Shown here: one piece after another, positions 1 to 8,782 of the stretch
Numbering within the stretch: position 1 is the stretch's first letter
Layout of the letters: each line of letters starts with the position of its first letter
From: an uncultured Ignavibacteriales bacterium
GTDB taxonomy: Bacteria > Zixibacteria > MSB-5A5 > GN15 > FEB-12
NCBI GenBank assembly: GCA_964464605.1
Contig: CAYXJN010000001.1
Location: forward strand, 428,915 to 448,914
DNA: 20,000 nt
Direction of reading: 5' to 3'
Program-made: the position numbers and the translations under genes
Notes under the pieces: model-generated
What the model was told of the DNA's origin: nothing
The model's input: the letters and a program-made list of their open reading frames with translations, nothing else
Database searches by the model: none

Positions 1-1
1 C

Positions 2-1093
2 ACTATGTTTACTCTTGATTTCTTAGTCAGCGATAACCGCACGTTCGAATGCATGTACGCTCCGGTTCGCTTTGTCTGGTTCGATTGTGGTGACAACACC
101 ATTTCTAACCCGCTTGGTGATACCCTGTACATTTCACGCAACGTGTTTGACTTCGACCTCATTGGTAACATTGCCGACTCTACCGGCACCTATCCGACCT
201 GGAATGGAGCTCAATTATGCGACAATCCGAATCCGGACAAACCGGATCCAGTTCGCTTTATTGACTTCTATAACGGCGGTGTTGACATCGTTTGCGCCGA
301 CTCAATCGACGCCCGCGGTGACATCAACTTGAACGAAATTGCCAACGAAATCGCTGACGCGGTTCTCTACAGCAACTACTTCGTTTATGGTCTTGGTGTA
401 TTCAATGTAAATCTTCAGGGTCAGATCGCTGCCTCTGATGTGAACGCCGACGGTATTGCGCTTTCCGTTGCCGACTTGGTCTACTTGATCCGTGTCGTTA
501 TCGGCGATGCCAATCCGTTCCCGAAGGTCGCCCCGGCTTCTATCGAAGCTACCTACACGGTTGCCGCTGGTGAAATCTCTATTGATGCCACCGTGGCTGC
601 GGCCGCTATCGTTGTTGAAGGCAATGTCACCCCGACCTTGCTGGCTAACAATATGAATATGATCTCCAACTTCGATGGTACTAACACCCGCATCCTGGTT
701 TACACCAATGTGGATCGTAATTCCATCGAAACCTTCTCCGGTAACTTCCTCGCCGTCAACGGTAACGTGATCTCAGCTGAGTTCGCGACTGCCGAAGGTG
801 GCGTTGTGAACGCCGCGGGTAAACTGGTTGCTAACAAGTTCGTCTTGAACCAGAACTACCCGAATCCGTTCAACCCGAAGACCCGCATCTCCTTCAATCT
901 CCCGAGCGCTTCTCAGTACTCGCTGACCATCTACAACATCACCGGTCAGAAAGTCAAAGAAGTCTCAGGTACTGGTGTTGCTGGTATCAATGAACTCGAT
1001 TGGGATGCTACGAATGAAGCTTCCGGTATCTACTTCTACAAGTTGACCGCCGGTACCTTCTCTGAAACCAAGAAGATGGTATTCCTGAAGTAA
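2..1093 (+). CDS. Gene A (5'-truncated): surface protein with the end of a Cys-containing cohesin-like domain, an internal dockerin-like domain, a beta-rich spacer domain and a T9SS type A-like CTD
   Basis: The frame is open from the window edge, and the ATG at 5 is internal because the sequence aligns mid-domain with gene C. Dockerin-like RGDINLNEIANEIAD...SDVNADGIALSVADLVYL at ~314-508. CTD QNYPNPFNPKTRISF...ASGIYFYKL...TKKMVFLK from 851. Strong bias to C-ending codons. Confidence 0.9.
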   Translation, partial: TMFTLDFLVSDNRTFECMYAPVRFVWFDCGDNTISNPLGDTLYISRNVFDFDLIGNIADSTGTYPTWNGAQLCDNPNPDKPDPVRFIDFYNGGVDIVCADSIDARGDINLNEIANEIADAVLYSNYFVYGLGVFNVNLQGQIAASDVNADGIALSVADLVYLIRVVIGDANPFPKVAPASIEATYTVAAGEISIDATVAAAAIVVEGNVTPTLLANNMNMISNFDGTNTRILVYTNVDRNSIETFSGNFLAVNGNVISAEFATAEGGVVNAAGKLVANKFVLNQNYPNPFNPKTRISFNLPSASQYSLTIYNITGQKVKEVSGTGVAGINELDWDATNEASGIYFYKLTAGTFSETKKMVFLK

Positions 1094-1113
1094 TTCAGGT
1101 TTTCCTCTGATTC

Positions 1114-1149
1114 CCCCGGAAAGGTTAACCCCTTTCCGGGGTTTTTTTT
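1114..1149 (+). terminator. Rho-independent terminator after gene A
   Basis: Perfect 11-bp stem CCCCGGAAAGG (1114-1124) / CCTTTCCGGGG (1131-1141), 6-nt loop, then T8, 20 nt after the stop codon. Confidence 0.92.
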
Positions 1150-1293
1150 ATCGAAAGGAGTAAAGAGAAATCACTAGATAACAATTGAAAGTCAGTATAA
1201 AAGGATACCACTGTACTATGCGTGACCGATTCCAGCACATCTTTTGTGCATCCAAATCTGAATCAGGTCATTTTTTATGGCCGCCAATTCGAC

Positions 1294-1322
1294 TCGACAA
1301 AAATCCGAAAAACACCTATCTT
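1294..1322 (+). promoter_or_regulatory. Putative sigma70-type promoter for B-C
   Basis: TCGACA (1294-1299), 17 bp, TATCTT (1317-1322). An AAAGGA Shine-Dalgarno lies just upstream of ATG 1366. Confidence 0.5.
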
Positions 1323-1365
1323 CCATGCGCAGAGTTGGAACGGGTACAACTGAAAGGAATGTTGT

Positions 1366-2226
1366 ATGAAACGTAGTGCAATTTTCTCATTCATTACTTT
1401 TCTCATGGTCGCAAATATCAGCGTGGGGCAAAACGCGGTGTCAATAGATTCGATTTCTGGTTTTATGGCACCGAACAAGATACCCGTCGGGCAGCCGGTT
1501 CGATTTTCATTCCGTTACACCGGGAGTGCGCCATCCGGGGAGCTTTTGTTTGGTTTCACTACCGCCTTTGATTTGTATTCTCCGGGCGGAGCTACGTGGA
1601 CGGTCCCGACGTTCACTGTGGCAAACAATCCGGCGGCAATGGGACTGCGGAATGAATGGGGGCCAATAAATTTTTTCATTAACTCATATAATGCCAACGG
1701 TAGCGGTCATGATACGCTTTCACTATTTGCCAGCGACTATACCGATCCGTGGGAAGGCATAACGTCCTTTGATGACCAATTGATGGATCTAACGGTTCCT
1801 GCATTTCCGCAAGCTGATACAGGTAAGGCAATTTGTATTGATTCATGCTCCTGGTTTTCATCGGGAATGTTTCATTGGTCATTTGCTACTGTTAAAGAAG
1901 GTGAGGGACAACTTTTTGAACGTCCTGCAACGTATGGCACTGGTCCTTATGCCGCGAATTACACCGCCGGAATGGGATATTGTTTTACACTAGCCACTCC
2001 GCCGTACATCTGTGGCGACATTAACAATAACGGGACTGTAACCGTTGCAGATATGGTGTATTTGATTCAATATTTCTTTAATTCCGGACCGGCCATTCCT
2101 GCGCCTACCGCGCGAGCGAATGTGAACTGTCTGGGTGATCCAAACCGACCGACGATTGCTGATAATACTTACTTAGTGAGCTATTTGTTTAACAACGGCC
2201 CTGTGCCGTGCGCGAATTGCCCGTAA
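1366..2226 (+). CDS. Gene B: secreted protein with an uncharacterised N-terminal beta domain and a C-terminal dockerin-like domain (no CTD)
   Basis: Sec-type signal peptide MKRSAIFSFITFLMVANISVG|Q. C-terminal CGDINNNGTVTVADMVYLIQYFFNSGPAIP...ANVNC...TIADNTYLVSYLFNNGPVPC (2011-2223) shows the duplicated loop-helix pattern. SD present. Confidence 0.9.
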   Translation: MKRSAIFSFITFLMVANISVGQNAVSIDSISGFMAPNKIPVGQPVRFSFRYTGSAPSGELLFGFTTAFDLYSPGGATWTVPTFTVANNPAAMGLRNEWGPINFFINSYNANGSGHDTLSLFASDYTDPWEGITSFDDQLMDLTVPAFPQADTGKAICIDSCSWFSSGMFHWSFATVKEGEGQLFERPATYGTGPYAANYTAGMGYCFTLATPPYICGDINNNGTVTVADMVYLIQYFFNSGPAIPAPTARANVNCLGDPNRPTIADNTYLVSYLFNNGPVPCANCP

Positions 2227-2267
2227 TACTTTTCTTTGCTGCATAAAAAGGAGTTGTTTTTCTGCGT

Positions 2268-5200
2268 ATGAGCCGTCGCATATTCGCAGTGGCCTTTCTT
2301 GTGTTTATTTTTTGTTCTGCGGTTCATGCAGAGAATGCAATTTCATTTTGGGGTTCTTCCAGTTCAGAAACCAATACGATTGAAGTTGGTAAATGGGTTG
2401 CGTTTACATTCCAAACGCGTACTGAGTTTGATACCTGCGACGGATGGGAGAGTTTTTCCAATACCTTTGATTTGTATTCACCAGATAATGCTATCTGGGC
2501 TGCTGCCACGCAGGAACACCTCTTTGGTTCGGGCTACCTGTTTGAACTGGCTCGCGATTGGGGACGTAATAATTTAGGAATGAATACCTATAACTGGAAT
2601 GGCAACGACCACGATACACTTGAAGTGTTCGGGCGTGACGGTATTGCTCCCTTCGGGCAAATAGCTTCGTTTACCGGATATCTTCATATCACCATAGACA
2701 GCTTCTCAAGCTCTGATGTCGGAAAAACATTTTGCATCGATTCCTGTACGACCATTCAGCGCAAGAAAACATGGATATACGGAGCATACAAAAGTGATCG
2801 GTGCTATTCCCCCGATTTTGGCGGCGGGCCGCATGCATATGCATATACGCCGGGCCAGGGATATTGTTTTACGTTGGTTCCTCCGCAAACCTGGGCACCG
2901 ACAATCATCACCTGTCCCTCCATTCCAATACAATTGTATTTTGATTCGACACAACATTTCACTGTTGAAGCAACGAAGGGTCACTGCGATTCGATGTTTT
3001 GGTCAATCGGTGCTGTCAATCCGACTCCTTCCGGTTCATTGTCAATCAACCAAAATGGAGAAGTGACCTTTACTCCCAATGAGCAGGATAGATTTAACCT
3101 TTATAATGTCGAAGTGATCGCTTCTGATTGCTCAGGTATGGCCGATACTTGTGTTGTCTACTTTGAGGTGCTTCCCGCGACACCCTACAGCATCAAAATC
3201 GAAACCGTACATAACAGCCTTTTTGGTGTTAACCAGAGTGTCGATGTTACCCTGACAGGCGGGAGCCAGCCACTGGGCGGGTTTGACCTCGTTATCGCTA
3301 TTGATTCAGCTATGCAATTCGTCGATGTCACTCCCGGCAATCCATTCTTTGGCGACTCCTCCTGCGCGTGGGAGTATTTTACCTACCGCTATCAACCATC
3401 CGGCGGAAGTTGCAATGGTGGCACGTGTGATTTTGCGCGCATACGGGTTACCGGCATAGCTGAAACAAATAATGGCGCGGTCCATCCGAGTTGTTTTTTA
3501 CCCGATACGCTCCCGGCAACGCTGTTCACGCTTAATCTTATTCCCGGGTTTCAGGATCCCTGTCACTCTCAGTGCGAGTTTTATCCGATTCGCTTTATCT
3601 GGCTTAATTGCGGAGACAATACTATTGCGAATCCCGCAGGCGACACGCTTTATATTTCCCGGCAGGTATTTGATTACGCTACCGGAAACAGTAATATCGC
3701 CGATTCCACCGGAACATATCCGACTTGGAGAGGAGCGCAGCTTTGCGACAATCCGAACCCTAACAAACCGGACCCGGTTCGCTTCATTGATTTCAATCAT
3801 GGCGGGATCGATATGGTCTGCGCTGATTCCATAGATGCGCGGGGGGATATCAACCTCAATGAAATTTCATACGAGCCCGGCGATGCAGAACTGTTCGTGA
3901 AGTACTTTATGGAAGGGGTTAGTGCTTTTGTTATCAATACCCAGGGACAAATAGCGGCGTCAAATGTAAATGGGGATACCATCCCGCTTTCCGTTGCTGA
4001 TTTAGTGTATCTTATCAATGGCATCATCAAAGACAGTGTTCCTTGTCCGATCCCTTCACCTCCGCCTATTACCACAGACTATCATATCTGTAACGACACA
4101 GTTTCAGTGAGTGAAGCAGTTGGAGCGGCATTTTTTGTCGCGAAAGGGCATGTTATGCCAACTTTGCTTTCTACCAATATGGAGATGGCATACAGCTTCG
4201 ATGGTGTGAATACGCGAATACTTGTGTATCCCGATCCGTACGCCGAGACATTACAATCATTTTCCGGATATATTATTGCGGATATCGGCACGCTTGTTTC
4301 AGCAGAGTTTGGCTCACCGGAAGGTGGTTTGGTCAATGCGCAGTTGGATATCTTGGATTGTGGTAAACCGGCCCCTGATACGACTTCGCTGACCGTTCGC
4401 ATCGAAAAAACGAAGGGTACTTATCAAGGACAGGATGAATGGGTTGATGTTATTCTTGATAAAGGGACACAAGAGCTAGGCGGTTTTGATTTTTTGATTG
4501 CCTATGATAATCGCGCGCTTCGTGTGGATGCGGTCATGCCGAACCGGGAACTGTTTTATGATTCGACCGGGTGCGGATGGGAATATTTCACCTATCGGTA
4601 TAGTGAATTCGGTGACTGCGGCAGCGCCTGCGCGACGGGAAAAATTCGTGTGCTCGGCATTGCCCATGATAACGCCGGAATCGGATATCCTCGCTGTTTC
4701 ATTCCGCCAACGCTTCCGTTTGTATTATTTAGTTTCAATTTCCTTGTGACCGATGACCGGACGTATGAATGCGCGTTTCTGCCAATTCGCTTTGTCTGGT
4801 TTGATTGCGGAGATAACCTGTTTGCCAACGTTCCGGGTGATACCGTGTTTATGTCTCGGATGGTGCAGGATACCCTGGGCGGTAACAATATTGCCAACAC
4901 ATCAGATACCTATCCAACCTTTGCAGGGGCACAGCAGTGCGCTGATCTGCAAAGATCAGGTTGGATTCGTAATGTAGATTTTATCAGCGGTGGTATACAG
5001 ACTCAATGCTATAATACCATAGATGCGCGTGGCGACATTAATCTGAATGAAATAAGCAACGAGGTAGAAGACTTTACATTGTTCAGCACGTACTTCCTGT
5101 ATGGTATTGGTGTTTTCAACGTTAATGTGCATGGGCAAACGGCAGCGACCGATGTCAACGCTGATGGAAAAGAGCTCACGCTTGCGGATTTAGTCTATCT

Positions 5201-5813
5201 TGGTAAAGTAGTGGTTGGTGATGGTCACCCCTTCCCGAAAACATCGCCACCCGAAATGGATGCCTCCTACACTATCGCCAACGGCAAAATATCTATCGAC
5301 TCAACTGTAGCTGCTGCGGTAATTGTAGTAGCAGGCAATGTTACGCCGAGCTTGCTGGCTCCGAACATGGATATGCAGTATGCCTTCGATGGCACGAACA
5401 CGCATATTTTAGTCTATACCGATATTTCTGATCGAATGACGATTGAAACATTCACCGGTTCGTTTCTATCAGTTACCGGAGAGATTGTTTCAATTGAATT
5501 TGCCACACCTGACGGAGGAGTGGTGAATGCATCCCGTGCAGGCGGCAGCCTGCAAAGCTTCATACTGGGACAGAATTATCCGAACCCGTTTAACGCAACC
5601 ACCCGTATTTCGTTTTCCCTGCCGCAGGCGGGTATGTACACGCTAAGTATTTACAATATTACCGGTCAAACGGTGTTCGAATATCACACCATGGGAACTA
5701 CCGGGATTAACGCAGTGGACTGGACGGCGGAAAAGCAGGCATCCGGTGTCTATTTTTACAAGCTGACGTACAGTAATGTCTCGGAAACCAAGAAAATGAT
5801 TTTTCTCAAGTAA
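2268..5813 (+). CDS. Gene C: 1181-aa secreted multidomain protein (B-like N-domain, cadherin-like Ig, 2x [cohesin-like + dockerin-like + spacer], T9SS-like CTD)
   Basis: Signal peptide ending SAVHA|E. AAGGAG at 2248-2253. Two LGGFD...WEYFTYRY...PIRF.W..CGDN...DARGDINLNEI modules. CTD QNYPNPFNATT...TKKMIFLK from 5571. Confidence 0.92.
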   Translation: MSRRIFAVAFLVFIFCSAVHAENAISFWGSSSSETNTIEVGKWVAFTFQTRTEFDTCDGWESFSNTFDLYSPDNAIWAAATQEHLFGSGYLFELARDWGRNNLGMNTYNWNGNDHDTLEVFGRDGIAPFGQIASFTGYLHITIDSFSSSDVGKTFCIDSCTTIQRKKTWIYGAYKSDRCYSPDFGGGPHAYAYTPGQGYCFTLVPPQTWAPTIITCPSIPIQLYFDSTQHFTVEATKGHCDSMFWSIGAVNPTPSGSLSINQNGEVTFTPNEQDRFNLYNVEVIASDCSGMADTCVVYFEVLPATPYSIKIETVHNSLFGVNQSVDVTLTGGSQPLGGFDLVIAIDSAMQFVDVTPGNPFFGDSSCAWEYFTYRYQPSGGSCNGGTCDFARIRVTGIAETNNGAVHPSCFLPDTLPATLFTLNLIPGFQDPCHSQCEFYPIRFIWLNCGDNTIANPAGDTLYISRQVFDYATGNSNIADSTGTYPTWRGAQLCDNPNPNKPDPVRFIDFNHGGIDMVCADSIDARGDINLNEISYEPGDAELFVKYFMEGVSAFVINTQGQIAASNVNGDTIPLSVADLVYLINGIIKDSVPCPIPSPPPITTDYHICNDTVSVSEAVGAAFFVAKGHVMPTLLSTNMEMAYSFDGVNTRILVYPDPYAETLQSFSGYIIADIGTLVSAEFGSPEGGLVNAQLDILDCGKPAPDTTSLTVRIEKTKGTYQGQDEWVDVILDKGTQELGGFDFLIAYDNRALRVDAVMPNRELFYDSTGCGWEYFTYRYSEFGDCGSACATGKIRVLGIAHDNAGIGYPRCFIPPTLPFVLFSFNFLVTDDRTYECAFLPIRFVWFDCGDNLFANVPGDTVFMSRMVQDTLGGNNIANTSDTYPTFAGAQQCADLQRSGWIRNVDFISGGIQTQCYNTIDARGDINLNEISNEVEDFTLFSTYFLYGIGVFNVNVHGQTAATDVNADGKELTLADLVYLGKVVVGDGHPFPKTSPPEMDASYTIANGKISIDSTVAAAVIVVAGNVTPSLLAPNMDMQYAFDGTNTHILVYTDISDRMTIETFTGSFLSVTGEIVSIEFATPDGGVVNASRAGGSLQSFILGQNYPNPFNATTRISFSLPQAGMYTLSIYNITGQTVFEYHTMGTTGINAVDWTAEKQASGVYFYKLTYSNVSETKKMIFLK
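3186..5545 (+). repeat. Internal tandem duplication of a ~400-aa cohesin-dockerin-spacer module in gene C
   Basis: The RGDINLNEI motifs start at 3840 and 5028, 1188 nt apart. Both copies share the LGGFD, WEYFTYRY, CGDN and FDG.NT.ILVY motifs, which are also seen in gene A where its sequence is available. Confidence 0.85.
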
Positions 5814-5946
5814 CATGGAATAGTATGTACGTATATCAGGCACCTTACCCCTATTAGACTTTTCTGCTTTAGACTGGGAGCTAAAAGCCCCTAAAAGGGT
5901 AGGCAAAACTACCCCTAAAAATCGACTTTTTTCGCAGTTTTTGCGG

Positions 5947-5973
5947 CATAGGCAGGAGATCCTCCTGCCTATG
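5947..5973. terminator. Perfect inverted repeat between C and D; possible terminator or RNA-stabilising hairpin
   Basis: CATAGGCAGGAG-ATC-CTCCTGCCTATG, a 12-bp perfect stem. The downstream tract is AT-rich but not an immediate poly-T, so function is uncertain. Confidence 0.45.
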
Positions 5974-6014
5974 AATATTCTTCATTTTTCTTCCTATTTT
6001 GGGGTGTCAGACCG

Positions 6015-6043
6015 TTGCATAAAAGTTCCCCTGCATATATATT
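6015..6043 (+). promoter_or_regulatory. Putative sigma70-type promoter for D-E-F
   Basis: TTGCAT (6015-6020), 17 bp, TATATT (6038-6043). Confidence 0.6.
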
Positions 6044-6268
6044 CAGGTACGTTACTAACTTCTTACGTTCTTGTTTGGGAGCTTATCGCTCATTAGTTAT
6101 CAGTAATTCAGGCGCCGGACGACGCCAGCAAAAACAGTTCAACACATGCCCTTAGACGGACCTATGGGCGTCCACCCATACAAGTATTTCTTGTATGATG
6201 AGCAGGCTGGGAACGGACGTGCAGAAAAGGTGAACAATATCCAGGCTTGGTCTGGTTATTGCTGAATT

Positions 6269-8734
6269 ATGACTGAACAACTCTTTTTGCCAGGAAAGGT
6301 GTGCATACAATTGCGTAATTGGTGTTTAACCGTTTGGGCAGTTTTATTACTGACCTCGGCCAGTGTCTTTTCGCAAACCGATCAATTCGGGGCACAGGAT
6401 CGTATCTATCTGGATAAAGTAGAAGTCACCCGCGGCAAGCAGGTGCAAGTCGGGGTCTATATGACGAACGATGAACCGATTGCTTCTGTTTCGGTGCCAC
6501 TTACTTACAATCCTCAGTACCTGACGCTTTCCTCGGTCTCTTTTGAAGGTTCCCGCGGTGCGCATATTGCCACCAAGATGGTAGCGCCGGAACAGGTCAA
6601 TTCTGCATCCGGACATTTCTTAACCGGTATCGTTTCCATTTCCGAAGAGCCGATCGAAGCTGGTGACGGTTTGTTGTTCACCGCTACTTTCACCGTTTCG
6701 CCGAGTGCACCGGTAGGGATAGAAGTAATGCTTGACTCCCTTTTCTATCCGCCCGGTGGTGAGCTTTTGTTAGTGGAAGCAACGTCTGCTGCAATTATTC
6801 GCCCGACTTTCGAAGCTGGACAAATTACCGTAGCGGCTGCGAATATGCCTCCGGTTATTCAGACCTCCGCTTCCGTTTATATTTTGGAAGGGGATAGTCT
6901 GAAACTTCCGGTTATCGCCAAAGATATCAATAATGATCCGGTGCAGCTTACCTGCAGCCGTTCATTGTCCGGTGCTGCTTTCACGCAGACCGGCGGTCAC
7001 GGCCTGTTCCGTTGGAAACCGGATTTCCTCGGTGCGAATTCCGCTGATGGTTCTCCGTTTACCATTCAATTCTGGGCGACGGATGGCATCCGTGCTACCA
7101 CGCTGGATGTAGCAGTACATGTTATCAATAAAAACCGCAAGCCGACCGTTACGCTGCTTGATTCAGTTGCCGTCGATGCCGGTCTTCCGATTTTGGTAGA
7201 TATCACCTACGGTGATCCGGATTATGATACGACAACGCTGACAATTGTCAGCGCACCCGCCCAGTCACAGGTGGGGTACAGCAGTGCGTTTCCGGTGAAT
7301 GGGCTGCGCCAGGCAACGTTTGAATGGAATACATCATTCGCCGATAGCGGCAAACAGACCATACAGATTATCGCGACCGATTCACACGGTGCAGCCGATA
7401 CCTCAGAAGTACTGCTACACGTACTGCCGGTTTCATTGTTCAACTTTTCTGTTGTCGATACCAATGTAAATCCGGCTGGCAGCGTTGATATTCCTATAGC
7501 GCTTGAAAATCTGGCACCAATGTCGTCGTTCTCGTTGCTTCTACACATTGATCCAACAGTGTTGACGCTTCATTCTGTGCAACGAGCCGGTACCCGTTCT
7601 GCAAATTTTGCGAGTTTCAGCTCAACCGTTAATTACGGCGGTGTCATTGGTGATGTATTGATGCAGGGAACAGTTGGTGCACAGCCGTTGGCAGTAGGAA
7701 ATGGCACATTGCTCAAACTGCGTGTTATCGCGGTTGGAAATGTCAACTATAGTGGTCTAAGCATTCCAGTACGATTCAATCAATCGATGTTGAATATGGT
7801 CAAAGATTCGACCAATAATACTGTGCCGAGTGATCAGTTGGATTATGAGGATGGCGTTGTCTTTATCAATAGCCTTGGGGATGTACTTCTCGGTGATATC
7901 AATTTGAATTTGATACCGTATGAAGTCGGCGATGCTATTTATTTTACTCAGTTTTTTATCAATCCCACGTATGCGATAATGAATCCGCTGCAGTTGGCAA
8001 ATTCCGATATCAATCAGGATGAATTGGTGCCTACTATTGCAGATTTGGTCTCGCTTATTCGGGTGATCTCCGGTGATTTGACCCCGCCAGTCAGTAATTC
8101 CGGCGGATTAGCCTCCGTCCAAATCGTTACCAATCCCAATGGAACACAGACAATTCATTATTCTTCGAATGTCCCGCTTGGAGCCGTATTAGTCAAAGGT
8201 GTCTCAACCGGTACGCTTGCTCCTGAAGGTGTATCAACGCCAACGAGCATGCTGGTTGATGTTGGCACCGAAAATAATGAAGATCGAATTTTAGTCTACA
8301 GCATGCAGGGTGATACGCTTCCGCAGGGAACACATGCGCTGGTAACACTGCCGTCCGGGGCAAATTTTTCCGCCTCTTCTGTTGAATTTTCAAGCGCTGA
8401 CGGACAGATTGTTCAAGTTGCCCTAAGCGGCGGCTTCTTGAAAGAAACATTACCGACCGCGTTTGCCTTGCAGCAGAATTATCCGAATCCGTTCAATCCG
8501 GAAACAAATATTGCATTCGATATTGCGATACCCGGACGGGTGCGTCTTTCGGTCTATAACCTGCTCGGCCAGCAGATTCGTGTGTTGGCGGAACGAGAAT
8601 ATCCTGCCGGTCATCATTCGGTTGTCTGGGACAGCCGGGATGATTCCGGTGCGCCGGTTTCATCGGGCGTTTATTTCTACCGCCTGGAAACAGAAAGGCA
8701 ATCATTCACCAAGAAGATGACTTTGGTGAAATGA
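6269..8734 (+). CDS. Gene D: scaffoldin-like secreted protein (cohesin, 2x cadherin-like Ig, cohesin, dockerin, spacer, FlgD-Ig/T9SS-like CTD)
   Basis: Signal peptide ending SASVFS|Q. Cohesin-like GKQVQVGVYMTNDEPIASVSVPLTYNPQYLTLSSV and GSVDIPIALENLAPMSSFSLLLHIDPTVLTL. NxPP...EG...D.NND Ig units. Dockerin GDINLNLIPYEVGD...SDINQDELVPTIADLV from 7892. CTD from 8474. The start may instead be GTG 6299 or TTG 6311. Confidence 0.9.
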   Translation: MTEQLFLPGKVCIQLRNWCLTVWAVLLLTSASVFSQTDQFGAQDRIYLDKVEVTRGKQVQVGVYMTNDEPIASVSVPLTYNPQYLTLSSVSFEGSRGAHIATKMVAPEQVNSASGHFLTGIVSISEEPIEAGDGLLFTATFTVSPSAPVGIEVMLDSLFYPPGGELLLVEATSAAIIRPTFEAGQITVAAANMPPVIQTSASVYILEGDSLKLPVIAKDINNDPVQLTCSRSLSGAAFTQTGGHGLFRWKPDFLGANSADGSPFTIQFWATDGIRATTLDVAVHVINKNRKPTVTLLDSVAVDAGLPILVDITYGDPDYDTTTLTIVSAPAQSQVGYSSAFPVNGLRQATFEWNTSFADSGKQTIQIIATDSHGAADTSEVLLHVLPVSLFNFSVVDTNVNPAGSVDIPIALENLAPMSSFSLLLHIDPTVLTLHSVQRAGTRSANFASFSSTVNYGGVIGDVLMQGTVGAQPLAVGNGTLLKLRVIAVGNVNYSGLSIPVRFNQSMLNMVKDSTNNTVPSDQLDYEDGVVFINSLGDVLLGDINLNLIPYEVGDAIYFTQFFINPTYAIMNPLQLANSDINQDELVPTIADLVSLIRVISGDLTPPVSNSGGLASVQIVTNPNGTQTIHYSSNVPLGAVLVKGVSTGTLAPEGVSTPTSMLVDVGTENNEDRILVYSMQGDTLPQGTHALVTLPSGANFSASSVEFSSADGQIVQVALSGGFLKETLPTAFALQQNYPNPFNPETNIAFDIAIPGRVRLSVYNLLGQQIRVLAEREYPAGHHSVVWDSRDDSGAPVSSGVYFYRLETERQSFTKKMTLVK

Positions 8735-8782
8735 TACTGTGTGTGAAGATATGTATATGTATGTGATAGTTTGGAGGTAATG

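Noticed and set aside
314..322. RGD integrin-binding motifs (also at 3840, 5028 and in the F C-terminus)
   Set aside because: They are the xGD start of the dockerin Ca-binding loop.
1185..1478. 63-aa and 67-aa ORFs in the A-B intergenic region
   Set aside because: No convincing RBS or protein features. They overlap the predicted promoter and the start of B.
5895..5916. GGGTAG-GCAAAA-CTACCC hairpin as part of a c-di-GMP-I riboswitch
   Set aside because: Lacks the GAAA-tetraloop and receptor two-stem architecture, and lies upstream of the predicted promoter.
8735..8770. TG/TA-rich low-complexity spacer between D and E
   Set aside because: Too short and irregular to call a repeat or a regulatory site.
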